DNA of 64,000 bases from Prorocentrum cordatum. Its lineage: Eukaryota. The DNA lies in assembly GCA_963575745.1 (NCBI GenBank), contig CAUYUJ010000271.1, forward strand, positions 1 to 64,000, in the 5' to 3' direction. Shown here one piece after another: positions 37,182-51,042 of this stretch. The notes beneath the pieces are model-generated. The model ran no database searches. It was given only the letters and a program-made list of their open reading frames with translations, and had not been told where the DNA came from. Each line of letters opens with the position of its first letter. Positions within the stretch are counted from its first letter, which is position 1. The translations under genes were made by a program, and so were the position numbers.

Positions 37182-37378
37182 CCGCGGCCGCCAAACCCCC
37201 AAGACCACGGCTGGTCCCGCGGGGATCACTGTGTGGGCCGCCATATACCTCGGCCGCCAGATCCCCATGACCACCCGTGGTCCCGCGGGGATCCCTTTGT
37301 GGATCGCCACATACCGCGGACGCCAGATCCCCAGGCCTACTGGGGATCCAGCGGGGATCCCTTCGTGGGCCGTCACAT
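37182..37378. repeat. 66-bp tandem repeat x3
   Basis: Units start at 37182, 37248, 37314. Confidence 0.85.
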
Positions 37379-39144
37379 AACATAACAAGACAGATGATAA
37401 CTGAGCAGACGGGCGCATACCATGAACCGAACATCGCATAGCACGACATCATAGAAATGCGTATAATACTATGGCAAAAGAGCCGCCGTCAGGCATCATT
37501 TTAAGGCATGGTGGAATAACATATGTTACGACCAACTACTCTATACCAGAGCAGCCAATACTCGAATCGAACTGCATCAAGCCGCACATACGGTAGCGTA
37601 ACACAACGGATCAGCAAATCATGAACCATATCACAACATCAAAGAAGATAAACGAAAACACGATACGATACAAACCATAACATCGCTGGGTCAAAATACC
37701 GCCCCCTCGCCGGGGTCCCGGGGTGGGGGCTCCCAGCAAGGATTCCGGGGGAGGTCCCGCCTTTAGGGTCGGCGGCACCAGCTGTAAGGAATTCGCAATG
37801 AGAAAACCGAAGCGATACGATACAACACATAGTATCGCTTAGCGTAAAGTAAGAATCCAGAAACCAGAACATAGCATTACATAATCGGTGACGTACCGAA
37901 CGTGACAGGGGTCACGACGTCACGCCGGCCCGTCGAGAACAGAACATATAATCCTGGAGTATACATCCATGGAAGATGAATGACCAAACAGGAAATGAAG
38001 ACCAATGAATGCAACAACGACCGACTCACTGCGCCCTACAAAACGCAACGTGCGCGCCAACGTAAGGCCGTGACAAAACAAATTTCCACAACATAATTAC
38101 ATGCACCAGTACAGCAGGGACTATACAATAACATCACACAAAATGTGACGTATCGAACGTGACAGACGTCACGACGTCACGCAGGCCCGCAGCACATAAC
38201 ATACAGTCATATCAATAAGTAGGGCAGAGTGCGGAGCATAGCGTAATACAGTATAAGACAACAGTGATTATAGCATCCTATGAATACACAGCAAGCGCTC
38301 CACGTTCACCCCTTCACACATCCCACGCTTTACGACGTCACGCTGGCCCGGCATTGCCCGAAACGCATCCAGCAAGGTTGCAGTGGGGATCGCTCGAAAC
38401 CATACAATTTGTTGTGTTGTCCACATGCAGCGTGCTGCTCTGCCAACTGGGAGATACGAGTAGCACGTGCGCGCGTATCAACATCATTTTAGAATCATCG
38501 CGCACCCGCCAACTCCGGCAAATGATCTCATGCGGGACGCACTCGCGCGTCTTCGCCCGACCACGGCGAAATCCTTTCCAAACCATTTGGTTTGTCTTAG
38601 CATTTGGACACGGAGCTCTTCATCGTCGCCAGCGACGTCATCATCACCATCATCTCCATCACCACCACCACCGTCATCATCCCCACCGCGGTAATTGGCA
38701 TAGTCATCGACGTCGCCGTAGACGTCGTCAACGCCACATCATCGCTCGCCCGCTGGAGTCTCGGACCTGCACGAGAAGGGCCACTGCGTCACTACGTCAG
38801 ATGGGGTTTGCTAACAAGTTGCGGGATGGTGGTTGGCATATTGGCTTGAGCTTTGGAGTCGGCGACGAGCCTAGGGGGTGGTCACTCGCCGTGGTGGCTA
38901 GTGGACTACTCATACCATACGGATGGCACCACAAGTTTAGGCACATACTGAATGCAACAACGCACTGGTTGTCGTCCACCAGTGGCGACCGCATACCCAT
39001 ACATACAACTTGTTATAGTCCACTGTGGGTACACGTGTAGAAATTGAGATGCACACTCTATTCAATATATATATATGGTTGTTTATGTCTGCTTGTGATC
39101 TGTATATACATAATTGCAAATTAAAAACGCATGCTTTAATGCAC

Positions 39145-39277
39145 CTGCGAAGAAAAGGCCAATCGACTCTTCGATGTGCCGAGGAGGTCTGGGCGCGCCG
39201 CCGCCTGGCTGCCGGCATCACCCAGCAGCTCCTCCAACACCCGCATGTAGCGCACGTAGTACACGGTGGCGAGGCGG
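39145..39277 (-). CDS. Probable upstream exon of the PAP2-domain gene
   Basis: AG acceptor, CAG|GT donor, reads RLATVYYVRYMRVLEELLGDAG...; linkage to the PAP2 exon is inferred. Confidence 0.5.
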
Positions 39278-40935
39278 CTGGAGACCGACTCCTCTCGGAG
39301 GCGCCCCCGCCGCCGCCCACGCCCCGGCTGGCCCCGCGCCCCGCCTCGCCCCCCCCCCGCGCGGGGGCCGAGGAGGGCGGGGGGGGGGAAGGATGAGCGA
39401 CGGGGAAGGGGGGAGGGACGGGAGGGAAGGAGGGGTGAGGATGAGGACGAGGGAGGGAAGGGAAGGGAACGATGAAGGATGAGGGAGGGAAGGGGAGGAG
39501 GGAAGGGAACGATGAAGGAGGGAAGGGGAGGATGAACGACGGGGAAGGGGGAGGGGACGGAGGGAAGGAGGACGAAGGGGGAGGGATAGGAGGATGCAAA
39601 AGAATGCGCGCATCCGCATGACATGACGTTCGAGTCTGATTCAAAAGTGCTGCGCGGCAGATGCTGCTTTTGCAGCAGTTGCGGGTATGTGGTGGATTTC
39701 CGCCACACACGCGCCGCACTGCATCTACACGACTTCGACGTGCACAATCCCTTCCCGTCTAACCCGGGTAAGTCTTCAGTTTTGTTCCCCTCCAATGAGA
39801 AGGGTTCGCATGGCACCGCCGCGCCCAGTTCAGCATACCCCATGCACGCTTCGCGGCCCCATAGGGAGCTCCACAGGAGGCTCCAATGGGAGGGTTCGCA
39901 TGGCACTGCCGCGCCCAATTCGGCGCACCCCATGCACGCTTCCGCGGCCCCATGGGGAGCTCCACCGAAGGCTCCAATGGGAACGTTCGCATGGCGCCAC
40001 CGCGCCCGATTCGGCACGCCCCTCGCACGGTTCGTGCCCGTAGGGAACTAGTCGGCACACCCCTCACACGGTTCGTGGCCTCATAGGGAGCTCCACCGAA
40101 GGCTCCAATGGGAGGTTTGGCATGACACCACCGCGCCCAATTCGGCACACTCGTCAGCGGCTCGTGGCCTCATAAAGGGGGGCTCCACCCAAGGTTCCAG
40201 TGGGGTTCGCATGGCACCACCGCGTCCAATTCTCGCACACCGCGCGCACGGCTCGTGGCCCCATAGGCAGCTCCACCGAAGGTTCCAGCGGATGGGTTCG
40301 CATGGCACCACCGCGCTCAGTTCGGCACACCCCTCACCCGGTTCGTGGCGCGAAGGCTCCAGTGGGGGGGGTTCGCATGGCGCCAGCGCGCCCACTTCGG
40401 CACGCCCCTCGCACGCCTCGTGGCCCCATAGAGAGCTCCACCGAAGGCTCCACTGGGAGGGCTCGCGTGACACCGCCGCGCCCACTTCGGCGCACCCCTC
40501 GCACGGTTCGTGGCCCCATAGGGAGCTCCACCGAAGGCTCGAGTCGGAGGGCTCGCATGGCACCACCGCGCTCGATTTTCGCACACCCCTCGCGCGCGTC
40601 GCGGCCCCATAGCGGGTTCCACCAAAGGCTCCAGTGGGAGGGTTCGCATGGCACCACCGCGCCCAATTCGGGGCACCCCTCACAGGGTTCGTGGCCCCAC
40701 AAGGAACCCCCCGGAAGCGGCGCCAACAATGCAGCTGCATGGGTTGGGTCCCTTTCGTCAGGCGAATCCCACCAGCCCTCTGGGCGTAGGTGGTTCAGGG
40801 AGGTTCCTCTTCCACCTCCCTTCTTCCCCGTCGGGGAAAGGTTTACCCTTTCCCCCTACCCCCTCCCCTGGACATGGACGGGGCCGGTCGCGAGCGGTCA
40901 GGGCGTCCAGAACGGCCTCGGCGAGGAAGCCAAAA

Positions 40936-41652
40936 TCACTGCCCCCCCCTTCTTTGATCAATGTCCTCCACAATGCCCCCAAGAAGCGCCAAGGAGACCC
41001 CAACAGGCCCCATAATGGCCCCAATACGGTTCCAAGCGGCCCCCAAGACGCCCCAGGAGGCCCCCAGGAGAACCCCCAAGCGGCCCCAAAAGGCCCCCAC
41101 GAGGCACCCAAGACGCCCAAGACCGCCCAAAAAAACCCAAGGCGTCCCAAGAGGCCTCCAGGAAGCGCCCAAGAGATACCCCAAGAGGCTCCGAAAAGGC
41201 ATCCAAGAGACCTCTGGCCCTTTTGCTTGCCTTCCTCCTCCTGCTCCTCCTTCCTCCTCCTGCCCCTTCTCCTCCTCCTCCTCCTCTTCCTCCTCCTCCT
41301 CCTCCTCCTCCTCCTCCTTCCTCCTCCTCCTCCTCCTCCTCCTCCTCCTCCTCCTCCTCCTCATCCTCCTCCTATCAACATCGTCATCAGCAGACTCATC
41401 TTCATCAGCAGCAGCAGTATCATCATCATCATCATCATCGTCATCATCATCACCACCATTACCATCATCATCAGCATCATCGTCGTCATCAGCGGATTAT
41501 TATTCCTTCCCTCCACTCCCTCATCCATCCATCAAGCCTCCTCCTTATCCCCCTCCCTCCTTCGCACGGTTCGGCCGTCCACCTCTTTGCTCCCGCACCT
41601 TCCTGATGACCTCAACTCGCATGGACATCGTTTATGGATGGGCTGGTGGGGA
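40936..41652 (+). mobile_element. Third CCAAGA-rich element inserted at A|T
   Basis: A|TCACTGCCC...GGGCTGGTGGGGA|T; removal gives minus-strand open reading ALAVFKKY-FGFLAEAVLDALTARDR. Confidence 0.6.
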
Positions 41653-41776
41653 TACTTTTTAAAAACCGCAAGCGCACTGGAAGACGCCGGGCGCCGTCAG
41701 AACGAAGCGTCAATGCAACGGCCTAAATTACGCACCGGAGCGCTCAGGAGTGGGCTACGCTGCGGCTCAGGAAACG

Positions 41777-41997
41777 CTGAGGACCAGGCAGGGCCACAGG
41801 TCGACGTGCAGCGCCAAAATGGCGAAGAGCAAGTAGCCGACGAACTCGAAGACCGCCGTGACGCAGCCGAAGAAGGCGACGAACAGGGCGTGCAGGCGCT
41901 CAACGGAGAAGCTCCAGATCGCCAAGAGCAGGGGCGTGGAAGCGGCGGAAGCGCCACCACGGCGTGGGAACAGGAGAAGCCATGGCCAGGGCGGCAC
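41777..41997 (-). CDS. Hydrophobic (TM) exon, probably the same minus-strand gene
   Basis: LLLAIWSFSVERLHALFVAFFGCVTAVFEFVGYLLFAILALHVDLWPCLVL, non-repetitive; boundaries uncertain. Confidence 0.45.
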
Positions 41998-44900
41998 AGG
42001 AGCAGCAGAGGCGGGGAACCAGCGGAAGAAGGTCGCAGTCCTGCGCTAGAGGCAGCGCGAGCCAAAGCCAGGGATAATAGCCGACCTTGGGGTGGCGACG
42101 TGGGGGAGGACCGGGCGTCCGCCAACGCCGTGCGGGCAGAGGCAGCGGACTCCAGGCGAGTCGCAGGCCCGGGAGCCCAGGGGCGCCCCGAACTGGAAGG
42201 GCAAGCAGGCGAGCCTCAGGGGCGCCCATCGTGGCCGCGAGGAGAGGACGGCCTACAGCCCAGCGTCCAGGGTCGGGGGGGCTTCCCAGCGACCTCATGC
42301 GCAAGGCTGGGGCGGCGGGAAGGACAGTGACAGGCCGACGCAGTGCGGCAGTGCCCCACCTGCGGAGCCTACCCACAGAAAGCGAAGGGGCTCACCCCTG
42401 ACGGGCCGAGGGGGCTTCCCTGCGGCCTCGCACGCAAGAGCGGTGCCGCCGAGCACCGACCGCGACGACCCCGACCAGCGGACAACGCGGAGCGTCTAGA
42501 ACCTGTTCTTCCCAGCAGTCCTGTGGTGCTGGGTCCTCGTTTTGAAGAGACAGCGCCCCGCGTTCTCCTCCCGTCTCCCCCCTCCTCCCATCCCTGCCCC
42601 TGCCCTCCGCACGTCCACCATTCCGGCGCACCCCTCACGCGTGTCGTGGCCCCATAGGGGGATCCACCGAAGGCCCCAATGGGAGGGTTCGCATGGCACC
42701 GCCGCGCCCAATTCGGCACACCTCTCTCACAGTTCGTGGTCCCATCGGGAGCTCCACCGAAGGCTCCAATGGATGGGTTCGCATGACACCGCCGCATCCA
42801 ATCTGACTTACCCCTCGCGCGGTTCGTGGCCCCGCAGGGAGCTCCACCGAAGGCTCCAGTGGGGGGGGGTGCATGGAACCACCGCGCCCATTTCGGCGCA
42901 TCTCTCGCGCGTCTCGTGGCCCCATAAGGAGCTCCACTGAAGGCTCCAGTGGAAGGGTTCGCATGGCACCGCCGCGCCCAATTCGGCGCACCCCTAACAC
43001 AGTTCGTGGCCCCATCGGGAGCTCCACCGAAGGCTTCAATGGGAGGGCTCGCATGGCAATGGCACCACCGCGCCCAATTCGGCACACACCTCGCGCGGTT
43101 CGTGGCTCCATAGGGAGCTCCGCCGAAGGCCCCAATGGGAGGGTTCGCATGACGCGCCGCACCTAAGTCGGCGCGCCCCTCACGCGGTTCGTGGCCCCAC
43201 AGGGAGGTTCGCCGAGGGCTCCAGTGGGGGGTTCGCATGGCGTCACCGCACCCAATTCGGCACACCCCTCACACGGTTCGTGGCCCCATCGGGAGCGCCA
43301 CCGAAGTCTCCAGTGGGAAGGTTCGCATGGCACCGCCGCACCCAAGTCGGCACACCCCGCACACGGTTCGTTCGTGGCCCCATAGGGAGCTCCGCCGAAG
43401 GCCCCAGTGGGAGTGTTCGCATGACGCCACCACGCCCAACTCGGTACATCCATCACACGTTTCGCGGCCCCATAGGGAGCTCCACCGAAGGCTCCAGTGG
43501 ATGGGTTCGCATGGCACCACCGCGCTCACTTCGACGCACCCCTCACACGCGCTCACTTCGACGCACCCCCTCACACGCCTCGTGGCGCCATAGGGAGCTC
43601 CACCGAAAGCTCCAGCGGAGGGTTCGCATGGCGTCACCGCACCCATTTCGGCACACCCCTCACAGGGTTCGTGGCCCCATAGGGAGCTCCACCGAAGGCT
43701 CCAGTGGGAGGGTTCGCATGGCACCACCGCGCCCACTTCGGCACACCCCTCACACGGTTCGTGGCCCCATAAGGAGCTCCACCGAATGCGGCACCCACAA
43801 CTCGGCACTCGCAGCTGGATATAATTGGGCCATTCGCCAGGCGAAGTTTACAACCATCTGGCGGTGTTGGGCATTCGCTTTCAAGAGACAACGCCCCGCG
43901 TTCCTCCTCCTCCTCCTCCTCCTCCTCCTCCTTCCGCTGCTTCCGCCCATCCTCCCATCCCTGCCTCTGCCCTCCGCACCAGTCAAAAATTTCAGCTCAC
44001 TCATCACGCGCTTCGTGGCCCCATAGGGAGCTCCACCGAAGGCCCCAGTGGCTGCCCTTGCATAACGCCACCGCACACATTTCAGCACACCCCTCCCACG
44101 CTTCCTGGCCTCAGGAGCGCCATCGAGGGCCCCAATGGCTGCGCTCGTATGGCACCGCCGCGTTCGTGGCCCAGTAGGGAGCTCCACCGAGGGCCCCAGT
44201 GGGTGCGCCCGCATGGCACCACCGCGCCCATGTCGGTACACCCCTCGCAAGTTTCGTGGCCCCACAGGGGACTCCACCGAGGGCCCCAGTGGCTGCCCTC
44301 GCGTAACGCCACCGCGCACATTTCAGCACACCTCTCACTCGCTTCCTGGCCTCATAGGGAGCTCCATCGAGGGCCCCAATGGCTGCGCTCGTATGGCATC
44401 ACCGCGCCAAATTCGGTACACACATGTTGGTTCCCCATAGGGAGCTTCACCGAGGGCCCCAGTGCCTGCGCTCGCAGGGCATCAGGGCGCTCGAGTGGCT
44501 GCGCTCGCACGGCATCAGGGCGCATGGCCATCAGAGCGCATGGCATCAGGGCGCCCCTTGCACGCTTCGTGGCCTCATAGTGAGCTCCACCGAAAGCCCC
44601 AATGGCCGCGCTCGCATGGCACCGCCGCACCCAAGTCGGCACACCCCTCACTGGCATCGTCACGCCCATGTTGGCACACTCCTCACACGGTTCGTGGCCC
44701 CATAGGGAGCTCTACCGAAAGCTCCGCGCCAATTTCGGCACCCCACACGTTTCGTGGCCACACAGGGAGATCCACCGATGGCCCCAGTGGCTGCGCGCAC
44801 CACCGCGCCCATGTCGGCACACCCCTCACACGGCTCGTGGCCCCATAGGGAGCTCCACCGAAAACCCCAATGATTGCGTTCGCATGGCGCTACCGAGCCC

Positions 44901-46046
44901 ACGTCGACACTCCCCTCACACGCTTCGTGGCCCCATAGGGAGATCCACCGAGGGCCCCAGTGGCTGCGCTCGCATAGCACCACCGTGCCCATGTCGGCAC
45001 ACCACTCACACGCGTTCGCATGCGCCCACCGCGCCCATTCCGGTACATCCCTCATACTTTGCGTGGCCTCATCGGGAACTCCATCGAAAACGATACTCAC
45101 AACTGCGTTACCAACAACTGGGTATGGCTGGGTCTTTCGCCAGACTGATTTTTCATTCCGCGGGCCCCCCGAGGGCTCGGACACCCTCCCCGTGGAACGG
45201 CTTGGCACTCCGTGCCGCTTCTTGACGGCACCCGGGGGCCCTGGAACCTCGATCCTTGAGTTCTCGGAGGTCTGGGCATCGCGAGAGGGAAGCCAAGAGG
45301 TCCAGGGCCCCCTAAGTCCGGACATGCTAGACCAGGACATCCAAGATACCTCGGCTACGATTTGTCCCCACGGCGGCACGAACAACAGAACGACGGCACG
45401 GACAAACAACTGCACTGCCACATTCCTGGAATAAACCCGGATAGAGGCCATGAAAGCCTGCACAGCCTCCACTAGAACCGGTCAAAGACCCGAATCCTGC
45501 AGTGCAGCAACAGACAATGCACTGGACGACCAAGTGCAGCAACACAACATTTTCACTGGAAGACCTAAATCTGACTTTGGCAGGGAAGGATGTCGTTTTT
45601 CCGGCTTGCCAATGGCTAGTCCTTCTCCTGGTCTTGGGGTGGCTGGGAAGTGCTAACACCGCCCATCCCCGGACCTCTTCCAAGGGCGCCTTCTGACCAG
45701 CACTTCGAAGCGAATCCGGCCGTGGCGACGAGGGCCTTCCGGGAGGCCCAAGGAGGCGAGCACGAGGGCGGGCTGGCGGTATGGATACCTTCGCCCCCTC
45801 TGATGCTCCTGGTGGTGGCGGCCGTCCTCCGAGACAGGATGGTCAGTCGAGACAGCGACGGCTCTCCCGCCCAGCCCAAATCCGGTCGAAATCGGCCCCT
45901 CGCCCAAAGGCTCATCCTGACCCGTGCGTCGACGCGGATCCGGCTGTGGCGACGAGAAGCCTCCAGGAGGCCCAGAGAGGACGAGAACGAGAGAATGGCA
46001 GCGGCATGGTCCTCGGTGCATGTTTCATCCTCGCTCCCCTGCTTCG

Positions 46047-46306
46047 GATGATGATGATGCTGATGCTGCTGCTGATGATGATGACGATGATGATGATGAT
46101 GATGAAGATGATGATGGTGATGATGAGGATGACGGTGATGACGATGATGCTGAAGATGCTGATGATAATGACGATGATGCTGCTGATGCTCCTGATGCTG
46201 CTGCTGATGATGATGATGAAGGGGGGAAGAGGAGGGTAAGGACGAGCATATCTGCCAGCCCAGAGCTTTGTGGTGGGCCCCCCCCCCGCAGCTGTCGAGA
46301 CCCTCA
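46047..46306 (-). repeat. Dispersed short element with (ATC)n tail, copy 1
   Basis: gggggaagaggagggtaagga...tatctgccagcccagag...ccgcagctgtcgagaccctc next to (GAT)n. Confidence 0.75.
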
Positions 46307-48429
46307 CTCCTCGCGCCTCGCCGGCGGCGAGAGCAGCGCCCGACGGGGCTGCCCCTGCGGGGCGCCGCGCCCGAGGCGGGTGAGGGCCCTGGGCAGGGCC
46401 TCGGCAGGCCCAGGCCTGCTCCACGCGTGCCGCGACAGGGAGCGGGCCTCACGCGAGATGACACCGGTTTCCTCCTCCTCCTCCTCCTCCTCCTCCTCCT
46501 CCTCCTCCTCCTCCTCCTCCTCCTCGACCCTCTGCGGTGGACCATCTGCTGAAGGGGCCCTGGGACACACAAGTAAATACACACGGATGTAAGGGATTCT
46601 CCATATTTTCCCATATCTTCTGGGTTTCTGTCTTCCCCCCCACTGCCCATATTTTCCCACATTTCCGGGGGAGTGCACGATTCATTGTGTCTGTGTTTTT
46701 CCCATCCTGACTCACGCGAGATGACACCAGCGACCCTACGCGGTGGCCTGCGCGGGCCGCGGGCCCGGCGCGCTGCGTTGGCAACGAGGGCGCTCCGCCG
46801 CGACCTCGCGCGAGCAGCTTGCGCGCCAACATCGGTGAAGACGGCCCCTCTTTTGTTTTGCGTCGCTTAGGATGATCGCCTCAGAGGGTCTCTCATACCC
46901 CCAAAAGATGGGAACATATGTTTGCGCGGGATTCTTGACGGACGGGGACCCCAACAACACTGGAACGACAAGTATTCCCCCGCGACGGCCACCGCTGATT
47001 ATCGGGGGGGGGGGAGGACCCCTGATGATGATGATGATGATGACGATGATGATCATTTTTCTACCCCCGCGGGACCGATGGCGGCGGGCGATGACAACGT
47101 GAGGAAGTCCGTAAAAGAAGGAAAATACAAGTCCTGTGTGCGAGCCCCAGAGGAGGGGAGGGAGAAGGACCACGATCAGCAATTAAGCCAGTGACCACCA
47201 TCTCGAATCTTTTCATGGCCCCTGGGCCATGGGACGCAAGAGGCACACGGCACAAAAGAGAGGGTGCCTTGCTGTACTTCAACGGAAACCTGCGGTTGGC
47301 AGGGAATACGGCAGAGGCAAACGGAGAGCATGGCAATGTACACCCTGGCTTGCACAGGATGGACAGAGATCCATGCCGTCCACAAAAGACGGAAGGACCC
47401 TTGCTAATCCACAGACGAATTCATCGAGAAGCAGACAGAGAGAGGCTTTCGGGGAACCTTAGGCCGAGGCCGCACCCCGCCCGCAAGCCGGCGGCGCGCG
47501 GCAGCAGCGGTGCAGAGAGGGGCAGAGAGGCAGACAGACAAAAGAGAGAGCAAACACAGAGACAGTCGATCGTCTAGCATTCTCGATGTGTCTGCAAGGT
47601 GATGTTGCAGCATCTTCCGGATATCCACAGCACTCGCCGTGCCTATCCATGAGGCCAGGCTTCCTGAATCTTAGGGTGCCTTCTACAGTGAAGACGAATA
47701 CGGGCTTTAAAGAAGTCTTTTGCGGGGAGACCAGGGCCCTCCCTCACACACGCTTGGACAAATATTAACCATCAAGGAGTGAGACACACAGCAGTTTCAA
47801 ACTCGGGAACGGAGGAGGGGCAATAAGAGCTGAACAACGGAACCAGGACTCTTCGCTAAAAAAGGAAGGAGGCAGGGAACGAGGTCTAAACTCAGTCGGC
47901 GGAATTCAGGACATACCGCATAGTGTTCCATAGAGTCAGAAGCTCCAGGGCCCCCGCAGTTCCAACAACATCGTTCAGGTCCACGGTGGAAACGGGCACT
48001 GGTGCATACACCTCGGGAAAGTACTCGTAGAAAAGACCCAGATACAGAGAACTATCTTTGGTAACCTAGCGGGTCGCCTGAATAACACCTGAGATCTGGG
48101 CAACAGAAACACCTGGGAGCCAACAGCGCACCCGCACCGACAGGCAACTTTTGGGGGGAACAGGGGCGGGGCGGGCACGCAGACGGTTGAACAGTTTCCT
48201 TTGGAATCCCTTAGCCTGCAGGAAATCCGAACAGGGATCAATATTATCTGCCTAGGTCGAGACCAATGTGCGAGCGAACGAGTGGTGCCACCACGGATAC
48301 CTGATCCGCCCAGGGTGGAAGTCGTCTTGTGCAACTAGATCCTCGAGCAGCAGCTTCATTCTGGAGAAGGCATTAGAGTGATGAGCCAGTCGCACCTGTG
48401 TAGCAATACTCACTAGTTCCAGATCATGC

Positions 48430-48636
<207 letters not shown>

Positions 48637-48879
48637 GAGGTCAGCGGCGTCGGGGCCTTGCCCTCCTCTGAGCAAAGGCCGCCCGGCGCTCCAAGAACGA
48701 ACGCTGCGAGGAAAGCCTCGGGCAAAAAACGGCGGCCCGACCGCTGGTAGCGGTAGGGCCGCTGCCAGAAAAGAACCGGAGAACTAGGGCATGGTAGCGG
48801 CATCGGTGCCTTTTTGTCCCTCCCCTCGGCGATGCCCCCCCCCCCCCCGGCGCTCCGACAGCATGCTGGCTGCGACCAG

Positions 48880-48992
48880 GGCGGCCGGCAGCAGCAGCTG
48901 CGCCAGCCTCCACGATGCGCCCCGGAAAGTGCGGCGCAGTGCGCGGGCCTCGCTCACGAAGTTGGCCAGGCCAGCGAGGGCGTCGTCCTCGT
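48880..48992 (-). CDS. Probable isolated exon, unknown protein
   Basis: DEDDALAGLANFVSEARALRRTFRGASWRLAQLLLPAAL; GC3-rich, ccAG before and GT after. Confidence 0.4.
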
Positions 48993-50809
48993 CTGGCGCA
49001 GGGGGGGAGGATCCGAGGGGAACCACCTGACCTTCGGAGCTCGGAATTTTCGAAGGTGTTCGTCGGTTCTCGGCGGTCTTCCAGCCTCGGGGGGCTCTCC
49101 AGCAACTGCGCCTCGCCGAAGGGCGTCCGGGGCTGCCCGGATCGTCCGGAGCGGCGGCCAGAGACCCGAGCTATGGCCCGGAAGCTGGACGACGAGGATC
49201 ACTTGGGGGGACTGGCTCGAGGAGGAATATTTGACCCGGAATCGGCGACACATCGCTGATAGATCAGCGATAGGCACCCGACACCGAAACCCAACGCTCC
49301 CAGGCGGGGAAGGGATCCCAGGCCCCAATTGGCGAAGAATTGGCGATTGGTGGTCGCCGCTGTCCACCCCGAGCCTATCCCCCCTATCATTGCCCTGAGG
49401 ATCGAGGCCTCTGGGGGGGGCCGAGGCCCGCAGTTGGGAGGCCTTTTGGGATGGGGGACTTTGGGAGGCATCTGGGGGCCTCCAAAATTTTCTCTTGGCT
49501 GGTGTGTTGAGGGAGGAACGGGGGTCGAGGCTTCGAAGTTTCGAAGTCTGATTTGTGCTTTTCAAGCTTGAGAACGGTCTTGGCCGTCGGGTAGACTTGG
49601 AAGCATCTGCTCTTGAGCCTCTGAAGGCGTCCAGGCGACGAGCAGCCGACGCAACCGAGCGAGCGAGGACTCCGCAGTCGTCAGGCCCTGTCGTCCGCAG
49701 TCGCCAGGTCCTGTCGCCATGCAGACGCAGCGCGAGGTCCTGTCCACAGCGGCCTCGTCCACCTTGACCACTGTCCAATGCCTCAGCTACGACCTGACCT
49801 GTTCAAGTCGACGACGTTGGGACTCTGGAGGCCTCTAGGGACCCCGCAGACCTGTACAAAAGACCTCCGTTCAAGGAGGAATGGCGGCCATGCCAGATGC
49901 GGTTTCCCTTGCGCCGACGTCCCCGAGAGTGATCGAGGTTCGAGAGGGGACCCAGGGCGAGGAGGCAGCTGAAGCAGCCTATCGCGAGACAGCGAAATGG
50001 AAGACGAGGCAGCGGCCAGCAAGAAGGCGGGCGGAGGACAGGCAATATTTTCCCAGTCAGCGCACACTTACCCCCAGAGCCGCGGCGAAACGAGCCTCGA
50101 AGCTGCGAGGGGTCGACATTTGACTGTGCCCTTTGGGTCTCCAGACGCCTCTGGACGCTGCCCAGGGCACCCAGAGACCTCCGGCGACGTGCGGGGACGG
50201 AGGAAGGCGATGGAGGAGGCTGACGAGGACCTGGACCTGCGACGTCGCGCTTTTCAGCGCCGACGCTTCTTCTCGATGTCGGCCTCTGGAGGCACGGTGT
50301 CTGGGGGCCATCCCTCCCGCGGCAGAGGACGAGCGGCCCGGGGGCCACGTGGTGACGTCAATCACGGCGTCGGGGGTCTGGGGACGGTCGAGGGTGAAGA
50401 GGAGGAAGCCGGATCGCTAAACCCGAAGACCGTCCCTGCCTGTCCTTGGCCGCGATGGCCTTCTGCATCCCCAGCTCGTAGTACCCCTCACACCCGCAGC
50501 CGCCTGGCTCCTGCGCATCTTTGGGCGACTTCGGCTCGACAGGATCCTTGGCTACGCCCGCGTCTGGGAGCTCCTCGCAAGCGTCCTCGCTCCCAGCGGG
50601 GGGGGGGACGGGAGAAGGAGGGAAGGAGTGCAGAGGGATCAGAAGGGGCGAAAGAGGGGGCCTGATTCGTTGGCCTGGCATCGGCGGCACGTCGCCGATG
50701 GGTCGGCGATGCGCCCTGCGACGGCGAAGCCGCGCGCAGCGGAAGGGCGGTGGTGTTCCCTCTCCGCCGCCCCTGCCCCCGGAGCCGATGCCTCCGTCTC
50801 GCTGCCTCC

Positions 50810-50930
50810 GGGAGGAGGCGGAGGAGGTCCTCGCGGCCGGTCACGAAGATGGCGTGTCCCATTCGCTCGTCGCCGACTCGCATCTGGACGTTGCAGCCGT
50901 AGCTGGGCCCGTCCACCTCCCGGTCGCCGG
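50810..50930 (-). CDS. Probable isolated exon, unknown protein
   Basis: GDREVDGPSYGCNVQMRVGDERMGHAIFVTGREDLLRLLPE; boundaries approximate. Confidence 0.4.
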
Positions 50931-50999
50931 CTGGCAGCAGGAGGGTGGGGGGGAGGGGGGAATTGCGGGGGGGCGGGCGCGAGGATGTTTTTGACCTGA

Positions 51000-51009
51000 T
51001 CAAACACGC

Positions 51010-51042
<33 letters not shown>

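Larger units (their letters stand above)
39790..45090. repeat. ~90-bp satellite in three blocks (~39790-40700, ~42625-43790, ~44000-45085)
   Basis: Unit gtggccccatagggagctccaccgaaggctccagtgggagggttcgcatggcaccaccgcgcccaattcggcacacccctcacacggttc. Confidence 0.95.
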
